A stretch of DNA of 63,533 nt, counting the filler, from Atractiella rhizophila (taxonomy: Eukaryota): the NCBI GenBank assembly GCA_021432655.1. It is 28 parts of 28 records of this genome, joined end to end, with 100 filler letters (N's around TTAATTAATTAA, not from the genome) between each part and the next. Parts side by side here need not be neighbours in the genome. Positions count along the whole stretch, not along the records: positions 61,415 to 63,533 come from MU272757.1; 27 more parts are not named here. One strand, written 5' to 3'. Both the position numbers and the translations under genes were made by a program. Shown here piece by piece: positions 63,287 to 63,533 of this stretch (position 1 is its first letter; the number at the start of each line of letters is the position of its first letter). The notes under the pieces are model-generated. The model was given only the letters and a program-made list of their open reading frames with translations, did no database searches and was not told the origin of the DNA.

Positions 63287-63533
63287 ATGTCTTCAGCTCA
63301 AGGCATTCAGACTCTTCTCGAAGCCGAGAAAGAAGCACAGAAGATCGTTTCCAAAGCTCGAGAGTATCGAGTTCAGCGATTGAAGGATGCCAGGTTGGCC
63401 ACTTCCCTTTAGTCCCATCAAACCAGTTCAGGTGCTCATGTCAAATTATCGTTGAAAGGAGTCAAGCTGCGAAGGAGATTGAAGAATACAAAGCTACGAA
63501 GGAGGGTGATTTTCAACAGTTCTCCAAAGAGGT
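63287..63533 (+). CDS. VMA10: V-type ATPase subunit G, 3'-truncated
   Basis: SAQGIQTLLEAEKEAQKIVSKAREYRVQRLKDAR/SQAAKEIEEYKATKEGDFQQF. Confidence 0.96.

Overview
This is not a contiguous locus. It is a pseudomolecule of 28 short contigs (about 2.24 kb shrinking to about 2.12 kb, sorted by length) joined by 27 identical 100-bp spacers (N44-TTAATTAATTAA-N44, with stops in all six frames). Adjacency across a spacer means nothing and most genes are truncated. The DNA is from an intron-rich fungus with short GT-AG introns and micro-exons. The gene families point to a basidiomycete, and Pucciniomycotina is an inference. Recognisable genes are an S9 peptidase, an amidohydrolase, Rec8-type kleisin, Arl8, a Zn2Cys6 factor, an RRM protein, TFIIE-beta, ATM1, RPL22, phosphoketolase, an MFS transporter, RTA1, an NmrA-like reductase, V-ATPase G and a small Cys-rich protein. 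There are many decayed transposons (hAT, Tc1/IS630-like, Ty3/gypsy, Helitron, LINE) and one apparently intact, intron-containing MULE-like transposase segment. The most notable items are: (1) an AA9-type LPMO C-terminus that lacks the second-sphere His and is fused through a Ser/Gly/Asp linker to an Asp-containing CFEM domain; (2) a protein built from tandem PxTxxQxxFA...TKGxxSxFI modules; (3) a TAAGGAT motif recurring at transposon breakpoints; (4) a 200-bp island of about 17% GC; (5) two near-identical contigs carrying the same CpG-decayed pseudogene.
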